A stretch of DNA of 64,000 nt, from contig CP078014.1 of the NCBI GenBank assembly GCA_020544565.1, positions 376,574 through 440,573 on the forward strand, given 5' to 3'. The notes below the pieces were generated by a model. It saw only the letters and a program-made list of their open reading frames with translations. It searched no databases and was not told the origin of the DNA. Below, piece by piece: positions 8,694-17,172 of the stretch (the stretch's first letter is position 1; every line of letters starts with the position of its first letter). Both the position numbers and the translations under genes were made by a program. Source of the DNA: Bradyrhizobiaceae bacterium. Lineage in GTDB: Bacteria; Pseudomonadota; Alphaproteobacteria; Rhizobiales; Xanthobacteraceae.

Positions 8694-9104
8694 TTGGAAA
8701 AGCTCAAGAACTACAGGCCCTCGGACAAAGAGCCTTTCATGAACGAGCGTCAGCGGGATTATTTCCGCCGCAAGCTGCTCGACTGGAAGGACGAAATCCT
8801 GCGGGAATCGAAAACCACGCTGCAGCAGCTTCAGGAGGAGAACGTCAATCTTCCTGACCTTGCCGATCGCGCCTCGTCGGAGACCGACCGCGCCATCGAA
8901 CTGCGCGCGCGCGACCGTCAGCGCAAGCTGATCTCCAAGATCGACGCCGCCCTGCAGCGGATCGAGGACAACACCTACGGCTATTGCGAGGAGACCGGCG
9001 AGCCGATCTCGCTGAAGCGGCTGGAGGCCCGTCCCATCGCGACGCTGTCGGTGGAGGCGCAGGAGCGCCACGAGAAGCGCGAGAAGGTCTACCGCGACGA
9101 ATAG
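8694..9104 (+). CDS. dksA: RNA polymerase-binding protein DksA (alphaproteobacterial, only one Zn-finger Cys retained)
   Basis: TTG start; FMNERQRDYFRRKL...DLADRAS...YGYCEETGEPISLKRLEARPIATLS. Confidence 0.93.
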   Translation: MEKLKNYRPSDKEPFMNERQRDYFRRKLLDWKDEILRESKTTLQQLQEENVNLPDLADRASSETDRAIELRARDRQRKLISKIDAALQRIEDNTYGYCEETGEPISLKRLEARPIATLSVEAQERHEKREKVYRDE

Positions 9105-9170
9105 CGGGGCTGCCATAGTCCCGGCGTGAATATCTGCTGAAGCTGGACCTCCTCCAGCTTCAGGACCTGC

Positions 9171-10040
9171 ATGATCCTCAATCGACGCACTTTGCTCGCC
9201 GCCGTGCCTGCGGTGGTGCCGGCTCTGGCCGCCTGGCCGGTCGTGGCTGACGATGTGCCGTCCTTCCTCACGGACTACGAACGCGCGAGCGGCGGGAAGA
9301 TCGGCGTCTATGCCGCAAACGCGCAATCCGGCGCGACGTTGGCGTGGCGCGCCAACGAGCGCTTCGTCATGTGCAGCACGTTCAAGGCCTCGGTTGCGGC
9401 CTGCGTGCTGGCGCGCGTGGATCGCGGCGAGGATCGTCTCGATCAGACCATCTTCTATGGTCCCAAGGACATTCAGGACTATGCGCCGGTCGCCAAAGAG
9501 CATCTCGCCCGCGGCGCGCTGTCGATCGCGGAGCTGTGCCAGGGCGCGGTCGAACTCAGCGACAACACCTGCGCCAACCTGCTGCTCGCGCGCGTCGGCG
9601 GCCCGACGCGCCTGACCGCATTCTGGCGCTCGCTCGGCGACACCACGTCCCGCCTCGATCACTACGAGCCCGAGCTCAACCGTTCGCCGCCGGGCGATCC
9701 GCACGACACCACGACGCCGGCTGCGATGGCGGGCAGCCTCAAGCGTCTCGTGCTGGGTGATGCGCTGTCGCCTGCGTCGCGCGATCGTCTGACCGGCTGG
9801 CTGGTGAACTGCAAGACCGGAGACAAGCGCCTGCGCGGCGGCCTGCCGAAGGACTGGCGCATCGGCGACAAGACCGGCAACAACGGCAAGGATGCTGTCG
9901 GCGATATCGCCGTGGCGTGGCCGAAGCCCGATGCGCCCATCGTCATCGCCGTCTACACCCAGGGCGGCAAGCCGAATCCTGCGCAGCACGAGCGGGTGTT
10001 TGCGGCGGTCGGGCGGCTGGTCGCCGAGCGGCTCGGCTAG
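9171..10040 (+). CDS. bla: Class A serine beta-lactamase, probable Tat substrate
   Basis: S70xxK (CSTFK), SDN, E166 (HYEPELN), KTG motifs; N-terminal NRRTLL. Confidence 0.93.
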   Translation: MILNRRTLLAAVPAVVPALAAWPVVADDVPSFLTDYERASGGKIGVYAANAQSGATLAWRANERFVMCSTFKASVAACVLARVDRGEDRLDQTIFYGPKDIQDYAPVAKEHLARGALSIAELCQGAVELSDNTCANLLLARVGGPTRLTAFWRSLGDTTSRLDHYEPELNRSPPGDPHDTTTPAAMAGSLKRLVLGDALSPASRDRLTGWLVNCKTGDKRLRGGLPKDWRIGDKTGNNGKDAVGDIAVAWPKPDAPIVIAVYTQGGKPNPAQHERVFAAVGRLVAERLG

Positions 10041-10143
10041 AGCATTTTCGAGCGAAGTGGAAACCGGTTCGCGTGAAGAAAATGCGACTAAACAAAAACT
10101 TAGAGCCCCCGCTTTGATTCCATCAAAGCGGGAAAGGCTCTAG
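10037..10143 (+). repeat. RIME/Bru-RS-like miniature inverted-repeat element
   Basis: Ends CTAGAGC...GCTCTAG; internal gagcgaagtggaaaccggttcgcgtgaagaaaatgcg; second degenerate copy at 49096-49200. Confidence 0.8.
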
Positions 10144-10349
10144 TTTTTCACGCGCGCCTGTTTCCCAACGATCACGGCCCGCGTCAGGGGAGCTGGCGCG
10201 GGCCGTGTCTTGGAACATCCGGTTGCGCCTAGGTTCGCCGCCGGACGTGGGAGCTGGGGAGACAGCCCGGGAGAGGGACGGGGGAGAGCCGTCCCGGGGA
10301 GCCGCCGCGACCCTGAAGGCGGCGGCGGGGAGGGGAGAGTTCGTGACCC

Positions 10350-11099
10350 TTAGAAGGGCAGCAGCACGTCCATCACCTGCTGGCCGTAGCGGGCCTGCTG
10401 CACGTCGGTGATCTGGCCGCGACCGCCATAGGCGATGCGGGCCTGCGCGATCTTGCTGGAGTCGATGGTGTTGTCGCTCTGGATGTCCTCCGGCCGCACG
10501 ATGCCCGCCACGATCAGTTCGCGGATCTCGAAATTGACGCGGACCTCCTGCTTGCCCTCGACCACGAGATTGCCGTTCGGCAGCAACTGGGTGACCACGG
10601 CGGCGACGTTGGTCTGCAACGCTTCCTGGCGGTTGACCGATCCCTTGCCGTCGGTTGAGGCGGTGGAGTCGGTGTTGAGCATGTTGCCGGCGGCGTTGGT
10701 GAGCGGCGTCTTCTTCAGGCCGAAGAAGTTGTAGATGTTGGAGTCCTCGCTGCCGGCGCGGCTGCGCTGGGTCTCGTTGGCGATATTGGCCTTGTCGGTG
10801 ATGTTGACCGTGACGGTGAGGATGTCGCCGATCTGGTGGGCGCGCTGGTCCTTGAAGAAGGCGCGCGAGCCGTTCCGCCACAGCGAGTTCGGATTGAACG
10901 AGGCCGGCTGCGGCGCGGGCATCGGCATCGACACCGGCTTGTAGCCGGCCTGCGTGGTCGGATTGTCGATCGCCGACAGCCTCGGCTGTTCGCCGATGTT
11001 GGCGAGGCGGTCGAGGGACGAACATCCGCTGGCGAGGCAGCCGAGCGCCAGCAGGCCCGAGACGATGACGGCGCGGCGGAGAATGGGGGACTTCGACAT
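10350..11099 (-). CDS. flgH: Flagellar L-ring lipoprotein
   Basis: Lipobox LASGC; FFKDQRAHQIGDILTV; IAQARIAYGGRG. Confidence 0.96.
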   Translation of the reverse strand: MSKSPILRRAVIVSGLLALGCLASGCSSLDRLANIGEQPRLSAIDNPTTQAGYKPVSMPMPAPQPASFNPNSLWRNGSRAFFKDQRAHQIGDILTVTVNITDKANIANETQRSRAGSEDSNIYNFFGLKKTPLTNAAGNMLNTDSTASTDGKGSVNRQEALQTNVAAVVTQLLPNGNLVVEGKQEVRVNFEIRELIVAGIVRPEDIQSDNTIDSSKIAQARIAYGGRGQITDVQQARYGQQVMDVLLPF

Positions 11100-11103
11100 G
11101 ACG

Positions 11104-12117
11104 TTACTCGGCTTTGCTGGAGTCGGTGGCGGCGAGCGCCGCGGTGTTGATGGTTGCGGATGAGGTGGCGACGATGATCGCGACCTGGCCGGGGCCGGTG
11201 ACGGTGCCCTGCACGACGCGCTTCGACTGGGTGTTCATGACATTGACGGTGTCGCCGAGGGTGCCGCTGTCCATGGCCTTGCCGCGTCCGGTGAGATGCA
11301 CGCCCGGTGCGTCGTAGATCAGGGTGATGTTCTGGTCGCGCGTCACCAGATCGGGCTTGCCGAGATCGACCATCTTGATCACCTGCCCGGCGCGCATCTG
11401 CCTGCGCATCTGCAGGCCTACCGCACGCTCGCGCAGCGCGGCGTCGGAACCCGCTTCGGTCTTGGGCCGCCGCTCGATGGCGATGTCGGATGCTTTAAGA
11501 ATGTCGTTGCGCTCGACGCTGCGGGTCAGCACCGCGGCTTCCACCGTTTCCACCGCCGTGCCGGTGAAGCGCAGCCGGGTCGGGCTGTAGGTGTCGTCGT
11601 TCTGGATGTCGAAGGTGATGTCGAAGCGGCCGCTGCGCGGATCGAAGCGGATCGCCGAGGCGCTCAGCTCGCCGGAATTGGCGGTGTCGAGATTGAGGTC
11701 GCGCAGTTCGCGGTCGAAGGTGACGGCGAGATTGGCGGCGTCGCCGAGGCCGTTGCGGCGCTCCAGCACCCGGGTGATCTGGCGTTCGATGTCCTTGGCC
11801 AGCAGCGTACGCGCGGCCCGCGTCACCGCCACTTCGCGCAGGTCGCGCGCGTTGACGCCGATCACCTGATGTGCGCGCAGCGTCGCGAGCACCTGCGCCA
11901 CCGGCACCGCGCCGGTGGTGCCGAGGTCCGGCGCGCGGAAGATCGCGATCTGCGCCGCTGCGCCGGCATTCTCGACCACGTCGCCGATGCGGACGATGTC
12001 GCTGGTGACGGTGACGCTGGCGCGCAGCACCGGGCCAGCGGCATCCTGCTGCGACTGCGCGCAGGCGAGGCCGGCGGTCGCGGCGAGGAGGGCGGAGGCG
12101 ATGAGAAGCGAACGCAT
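11104..12117 (-). CDS. flgA: Flagellar P-ring formation chaperone
   Basis: Signal peptide, SAF domain, GKAMDSGTLGDTVNVMN; between flgG and flgH; start 12117 spaced correctly from GGGAGA. Confidence 0.92.
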   Translation of the reverse strand: MRSLLIASALLAATAGLACAQSQQDAAGPVLRASVTVTSDIVRIGDVVENAGAAAQIAIFRAPDLGTTGAVPVAQVLATLRAHQVIGVNARDLREVAVTRAARTLLAKDIERQITRVLERRNGLGDAANLAVTFDRELRDLNLDTANSGELSASAIRFDPRSGRFDITFDIQNDDTYSPTRLRFTGTAVETVEAAVLTRSVERNDILKASDIAIERRPKTEAGSDAALRERAVGLQMRRQMRAGQVIKMVDLGKPDLVTRDQNITLIYDAPGVHLTGRGKAMDSGTLGDTVNVMNTQSKRVVQGTVTGPGQVAIIVATSSATINTAALAATDSSKAE

Positions 12118-12129
12118 GGTCATTCTCCC

Positions 12130-12918
12130 TCAGCGGAACATGCCGGTGGTCGCCTGCATCATCTGGTCGGCGGCGCTGATCACCTTGGCGTTCATCTCGT
12201 AGGCGCGCTGGGCGGCGATCAGGTCGGAGATTTCCGACACCACTTCGACATTGGCCTGTTCGAGATTGCGCTGCTGGATGTCGCCGAAGCCGTCGGCATT
12301 GGCGATGCCGTCCTGCGGCGGGCCGGAGGCCGGCGTATCGGTGAACAGGTTGTCGCCGATCGACTGCAGGCCCGACTTGTTGATGAAGCGGGTCAGACTG
12401 ATCTGGCCGATCACGCTCGGGGTGGTCGATCCCGGCAGCATCACCGAGACCTGGCCCTGCTGGTTGATGGTGATCTGCGATGCGTTCTGCGGCACGGTGA
12501 TGGTGGGCTGCACCAGATTGCCCTGCGCGGTGACGATGCGGCCGGTGCCGTCGGTGGTGAACGAGCCGTCGCGGGTGTAGGTGAAGGTGCCGTCGGTCAT
12601 CTGGATCTTGAAGTAGCCCTCGCCGCGGATGGCGAGGTCGAAGTCGCCGCCCGTCGGGTTGAGGGTGCCCTGAGTCATCAGGCGCGGGGTGCCGACGGTC
12701 TTGACGCCGCCGCCGATATCGATGCCGACCGGCAGGATGGTGCCCTGATCGGACGCCTGCGCGCCGACGCGCTTGACGTGCTCGTAGATGAGATCCTGAA
12801 ACTGCGCCTGCTGCTTCTTGTAGCCGGTGGTGCGCATGTTCGCGATGTTGTTGGAAATGACCTGGACGTTGAGTTCCTGGGCCGCCATTCCGGTCGCTGC
12901 GGTGTAAAGGGCGCGCAT
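12130..12918 (-). CDS. flgG: Flagellar basal-body distal rod protein
   Basis: MRALYTAATGMAAQ...SNNIAN...FQDL; LEQANVEVVSEISDLIAAQRAYEMNAK. Confidence 0.97.
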   Translation of the reverse strand: MRALYTAATGMAAQELNVQVISNNIANMRTTGYKKQQAQFQDLIYEHVKRVGAQASDQGTILPVGIDIGGGVKTVGTPRLMTQGTLNPTGGDFDLAIRGEGYFKIQMTDGTFTYTRDGSFTTDGTGRIVTAQGNLVQPTITVPQNASQITINQQGQVSVMLPGSTTPSVIGQISLTRFINKSGLQSIGDNLFTDTPASGPPQDGIANADGFGDIQQRNLEQANVEVVSEISDLIAAQRAYEMNAKVISAADQMMQATTGMFR

Positions 12919-12930
12919 GGTCTTGTGTCC

Positions 12931-13698
12931 TTAAGCCTGGGGATCGGCGAGCGTCTGGATCGCGCTCTTGCGCAGGTCGCTCTGCTGCTGCATTAGCGAC
13001 GCCACCGACTGATAGGTGCGCATCACGTCCATCAGCCGGCTCATCTCGGTCACCGCGCTGACGTTGGATTTTTCGACGAAGCCCTGGTTGACGCGCGAGG
13101 TGGTGTCGGGCTGGGCCGCGGTACCGGCCGGCGCGGCGTAGAGATTGGCGCCGTCCTTGCGCAGCGCCTGCGGGTTGTCGAACTTCACCAGCTTGATGCG
13201 GCCGCGAATGGAGTCGAACTGGGTCACGTTGCCCTCGCGCACCGTGATCAGGCCCTCGCTGGAGATCGCGATGTCGTGGTCGGTCGACTGGAACACGATC
13301 GGGCCGTTGGCGCCGAGCACGATGTTGCCGCCGGTGGTGACGAGCTGGCCCTTGGAATTGATCTGGAATGCGCCGTCGCGGGTGTAACGCTCGCCGGCCG
13401 CGGTCTGCACCGCGATGAACCCCTTGCCGTCGATGGCGACGTCGAGCGGGTTGCCGGTCTTCTCGTTCGGGCCTTGGGTGAAGTCGTGATAGGCGGTGCG
13501 GTCCTGCACGAAGGAGACGCGGCGGTCGCTGGCGGCGAAATTGTCCTCGTGTGCGCCGGTGTTGAGGAATTCCTCGAACAGCGACTGGTTGGCCTTGAAG
13601 CCGTTGGTGTTGACGTTGGCGACGTTGTTGGCGATGACGTCGATCTGCCGCTCAAGCGACATCTGTCGCGACAGCGCGACGAGAAGCGTATTCTCCAT
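12931..13698 (-). CDS. flgF: Flagellar basal-body rod protein
   Basis: IANNVANVNTNGFK; TGNPLDVAIDGKGF; YTRDGAF; QGFVEKSNV. Confidence 0.95.
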   Translation of the reverse strand: MENTLLVALSRQMSLERQIDVIANNVANVNTNGFKANQSLFEEFLNTGAHEDNFAASDRRVSFVQDRTAYHDFTQGPNEKTGNPLDVAIDGKGFIAVQTAAGERYTRDGAFQINSKGQLVTTGGNIVLGANGPIVFQSTDHDIAISSEGLITVREGNVTQFDSIRGRIKLVKFDNPQALRKDGANLYAAPAGTAAQPDTTSRVNQGFVEKSNVSAVTEMSRLMDVMRTYQSVASLMQQQSDLRKSAIQTLADPQA

Positions 13699-13804
13699 CG
13701 GTCATTCTCCCCTTGAAGTCCCCGCAGCCTGCCTCTCCCAAAGCCGGTCGCGGAGCGAGCGAACCGGTGAGGCTCTCCCAAGCCGCGGTCCGCACCCCCT
13801 TCAA

Positions 13805-13820
13805 TGCGAAGGCCGTGCCA
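13805..13820 (-). promoter_or_regulatory. sigma54 promoter of flgFGAH
   Basis: Minus strand TGGCACGGCCTTCGCA. Confidence 0.72.
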
Positions 13821-13906
13821 ACTCAGAAATTGATGTATTTTCAGTCGTTTAGGATTTTCGCGGGCGCGCCGGAGGGCGGCAATAACCTCTTATTGACCAT
13901 ATTGCC

Positions 13907-13956
13907 CCGGCAAAATTTTCCCACCCGCGAAGCAAAAGAAAGGTTCCGTTAACCAT
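13907..13956. promoter_or_regulatory. ftr-like site and CtrA half-site between flgF and fliL
   Basis: CCGGCAAAATTTTCCC at 13907 and TTAACCAT at 13949. Confidence 0.55.
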
Positions 13957-14069
13957 TCGCTCACTACGGTCGGAACCAGAGGCGCCTGGGGCGCCGACGG
14001 CCTTCGTTCCGCGTATGTCAAAGCCAGTTCGGCAGCATCAGGCCCATCCGACAGACAGTGGCAGGGGCC

Positions 14070-14561
14070 ATGGCAGACGACGATCAGGGCGAACAGGGCG
14101 CGGCGGCAGCGGCTCCCAAGAGCAAGCGCAAGCTCGTCATCATCGGCGCTGCCGCGGTCGTGCTGCTGGCGGCGGCCGGGGGCGGCTGGTTCTTCTTCCT
14201 GTCCAAGAGCCATAACGGCGACAAGCACGCCGCGGCCGCACCGCCGCCGAAGCCGCCGGTGTTCGTCGACGTGCCCGAGGTGCTGGTCAATCTCGCCAAC
14301 GCGCCGGGCGAGCGCATTCAGTACCTCAAGGTCAAGGTTGTGCTCGAAGTGAAGGATCAGCCCCAGGTGGCGCAGATCCAGCCCAGCATGCCGCGCGTCA
14401 CCGATATGTTCCAGACCTACATGCGGGAGCTGCGCCCCTCCGATCTCAACGGCTCGGTCGGCCTGTTCCGCCTCAAGGAGGAACTGACGCGCCGCGTCAA
14501 CGCCGCCATCTCGCCCGGCGAGATCAACGCCGTGCTGTTCAAGGAAATCGTCATTCAGTGA
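14070..14561 (+). CDS. fliL: Flagellar basal body-associated protein FliL
   Basis: Single TM followed by FVDVPEVLVNL...YLK...RLKEELTRRVN...VLFKEIVIQ. Confidence 0.93.
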   Translation: MADDDQGEQGAAAAAPKSKRKLVIIGAAAVVLLAAAGGGWFFFLSKSHNGDKHAAAAPPPKPPVFVDVPEVLVNLANAPGERIQYLKVKVVLEVKDQPQVAQIQPSMPRVTDMFQTYMRELRPSDLNGSVGLFRLKEELTRRVNAAISPGEINAVLFKEIVIQ

Positions 14562-14578
14562 CGGACGGAAACTGACGC

Positions 14579-15784
14579 ATGACCGCGGGCGATATCGACG
14601 TCGATCAGGATGCGCTGGCCGCCCAGTGGGAAGGCGCGCTCGATTCCGAGGATCCGGCCGCAGCCGCCGCCGAGGCGGAGGCCAACGTCCTTTCCGAAAA
14701 CATGGCGGAGCAGTGGGCCGCCATGGTCGACGACGGCAGCCGCAAGCTCGAAGCCGGCAAGGGCGGCGGCGAGCGCGTGCTGTCGCAGGAAGAGATTGAC
14801 AACCTGCTCGGCTTCAGCGACGGCGAAGTCAATCTCGACGACAATTCCGGCATCCGCGCCATCATCGATTCCGCGATGGTGTCCTATGAGCGTCTGCCGA
14901 TGCTCGAGATCGTGTTCGACCGCCTGGTGCGGCTGATGACCACGAGCCTGCGCAATTTCACCTCCGACAACGTCGAGGTCTCGCTCGACCGCATCACCTC
15001 GGTGCGCTTCGGCGACTACCTGAACTCGATCCCGCTGCCCTGTGTGCTGTCGGTGTTCAAGGCGGAGGAGTGGGAGAATTTCGGCCTGTTCACCGTCGAT
15101 TCCAGTCTGATCTATTCGATCATCGACGTGCTGCTCGGCGGCCGTCGCGGTCAGGCCGCGATCCGCGTCGAGGGCCGGCCCTACACCACCATCGAAACCA
15201 ACCTGGTGAAGCGGCTGGTGGAGGTGGTGCTGGCCGACGCCGAGCAGGCGTTCCGCCCGCTGTCGCCGGTGACCTTCACCATCGACCGGCTGGAGACCAA
15301 TCCGCGCTTCGCCGCCATCAGCCGTCCGGCCAACGCCGCGATCCTAGTGCGGCTGCGCATCGACATGGAAGACCGCGGCGGCAACGTCGAACTGCTGCTG
15401 CCTTATGCGACCATCGAGCCGATCCGCAACGTGCTGTTGCAGATGTTCATGGGCGAGAAGTTCGGCCGCGACCCGATCTGGGAAAGCCACCTCGCCACCG
15501 AGATCGCCAAGGCGGAAATCGCAGTCGATGCCGTGCTCTACGAGGCCGACATCCCGCTCAAGCAACTGATGATGCTCAAGGTCGGCGATACGCTGCCGCT
15601 CAACGTGCGGCCCGACGCGCTGGTGTCGGTGCGCTGCGGCGACGTCACCCTGAGCGAAGGGCGGATGGGCCGGGTCGGCGACCGCGTCGCCATCCGCGTC
15701 ACCAAGCCGCTGCGCAAGCCGCACACATCCTACGCCATGTTCGAGAAGGCCGACGAACAGACCAAACTCATGGAGGCACAATGA
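14579..15784 (+). CDS. fliM: Flagellar motor switch protein FliM
   Basis: LSQEEIDNLL; YERLPMLEIVFDRLVR; C-terminal SpoA domain. Confidence 0.96.
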   Translation: MTAGDIDVDQDALAAQWEGALDSEDPAAAAAEAEANVLSENMAEQWAAMVDDGSRKLEAGKGGGERVLSQEEIDNLLGFSDGEVNLDDNSGIRAIIDSAMVSYERLPMLEIVFDRLVRLMTTSLRNFTSDNVEVSLDRITSVRFGDYLNSIPLPCVLSVFKAEEWENFGLFTVDSSLIYSIIDVLLGGRRGQAAIRVEGRPYTTIETNLVKRLVEVVLADAEQAFRPLSPVTFTIDRLETNPRFAAISRPANAAILVRLRIDMEDRGGNVELLLPYATIEPIRNVLLQMFMGEKFGRDPIWESHLATEIAKAEIAVDAVLYEADIPLKQLMMLKVGDTLPLNVRPDALVSVRCGDVTLSEGRMGRVGDRVAIRVTKPLRKPHTSYAMFEKADEQTKLMEAQ

Positions 15785-16269
15785 GCCACGCATTTGGACT
15801 TGCGATCGAGAGTCTGGTTGCTGTTCTGCTGCTGGTGACGATCGGGTATTGCACGCTGCTGAACCGCCGCCTCAAGCGGCTCAGGGCCGACGAGCACTCG
15901 ATGCGCGCCATGATCGGCGAACTGATCACCGCCACCGAGATCGCCGAGCGCGCCATCGGCAGCCTCAAGCTCACGGTGCGCGAGTGCGACGAGAACCTCG
16001 GCGCCCAGCTTCAGTCCGGCGCGGCGCTGTCGGCGAAACTGTCGAAGCAGGTCGCAAGCGGCGAGGGGGTGCTCGATCGCCTGACCCAGATCGCGCTGGC
16101 GGCGCGGCCGTCCCGCGCCGAGATCGCGGTCGCGGAGGAGGCCATGGTTGACGAGATCGACGTGCCGGAAGCGGTGGCCCCGCGGGCGCGCTCGGCCAAC
16201 GCGAAGGCGCTGCTCGCCGCCGCGCAGGCATTCTCCGAACGGCAGCGGATGAGCGGTCTCGCCGCATGA
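15781..16269 (+). CDS. Bitopic coiled-coil membrane protein (DUF6468/PflI-like)
   Basis: N-terminal TM (LVAVLLLVTIGYC) then LNRRLKRLRAD coiled coil; ATGA-coupled to fliM. Confidence 0.65.
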   Translation: MSHAFGLAIESLVAVLLLVTIGYCTLLNRRLKRLRADEHSMRAMIGELITATEIAERAIGSLKLTVRECDENLGAQLQSGAALSAKLSKQVASGEGVLDRLTQIALAARPSRAEIAVAEEAMVDEIDVPEAVAPRARSANAKALLAAAQAFSERQRMSGLAA

Positions 16270-17042
16270 AGACCCTGCTCCGCGAAATCCGGATCATCCC
16301 GATGCTGTTGATCGCGATCGTCTGTCTGGTCGTGCTCAAGGTGTCGGGGCTTGTGCTGGAGGGCGGATACATCCTCAACCGCGATACGCCGCCCGCGCCG
16401 AAATCGTGGGCGCAGGAGAACCTTGGCTATCCGGCGCCGGGCCGGGCGCTGGAGCCGGCCGAAGTCACCGGCTCGGTGTCGGCGAAGAAGGAAGAAGAGA
16501 AGAAACCGCTGGTGGAAGCGCCGGAGTCGCGGCCCGCCGTCGGCGAAACGGTCTATCCCGACCCCACGCGACCGGTCTCGGCGTCCGAACGCGCGCTGCT
16601 CGAACGCCTGCAGGCGCGACGGCAGGAGATCGAGGCCCGCGCCCGCGAGATCGATATCCGCGAGAACCTGATGAAGGCCGCCGAGAAGCGGATCGAAACC
16701 CGCATCGAGGAATTGAAGGCGACCGAAGCCCGCATCTCCGTCGCCAGCCACCAGAAGGACGAGGCCGAGGCGGCCCGCTTCAAGGGGCTGGTGACGACCT
16801 ATGAGGCGATGAAGCCGAAGGACGCCGCCAAGGTGTTCGACCGGCTGGAATTGCCGGTGCTGTTCGAGATCGCTTCGCAGATCGCGCCGCGCAAGATGTC
16901 CGACATCATGGGGCAGATGACGCCGGAAGCGGCCGAGCGCCTCACTGTCGAGATGGCGCGCCGCGCCAGTGGCGACAAGTCGGCGGCGGCCGGCGACCTG
17001 CCGAAGATCGAGGGCCGTCCGTCGCCGCAGGCGCGGCCGTGA
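16266..17042 (+). CDS. MotE/FlbB-like flagellar protein (MgtE-N-like C-terminus)
   Basis: TM, coiled coil, YEAMKPKDAAKVFDRL...IMGQMTPEAAERLT. Confidence 0.75.
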   Translation: MKTLLREIRIIPMLLIAIVCLVVLKVSGLVLEGGYILNRDTPPAPKSWAQENLGYPAPGRALEPAEVTGSVSAKKEEEKKPLVEAPESRPAVGETVYPDPTRPVSASERALLERLQARRQEIEARAREIDIRENLMKAAEKRIETRIEELKATEARISVASHQKDEAEAARFKGLVTTYEAMKPKDAAKVFDRLELPVLFEIASQIAPRKMSDIMGQMTPEAAERLTVEMARRASGDKSAAAGDLPKIEGRPSPQARP

Positions 17043-17051
17043 GGATCGTGT

Positions 17052-17066
17052 TTAACAAGGGGTTAA
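17052..17066. promoter_or_regulatory. CtrA binding site upstream of the large TPR gene
   Basis: TTAA-caagggg-TTAA. Confidence 0.75.
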
Positions 17067-17172
17067 TCGGGGGCTTCTAGAGTCGCGCCGTGCCCGGTGA
17101 CAATCCGAAACCGAGTGAAGTGCCGCTGGCGCGTTGGCACAGAGAAGAGCTGGCAAGAGAGAAGAACTGGGA

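Noticed and set aside
8694-9104. DksA lacking the four-Cys zinc finger
   Set aside because: Normal for alphaproteobacterial DksA; not novel
8622-9989. 455-aa minus-strand ORF over dksA and bla
   Set aside because: Antisense shadow of two confident genes
9171-10040. Possible carbapenemase
   Set aside because: Has Cys69 but KTGNNG lacks the Cys238 partner typical of class A carbapenemases; looks like an ordinary chromosomal enzyme
11296-12996. 566-aa plus-strand ORF over flgA/flgG
   Set aside because: Antisense shadow
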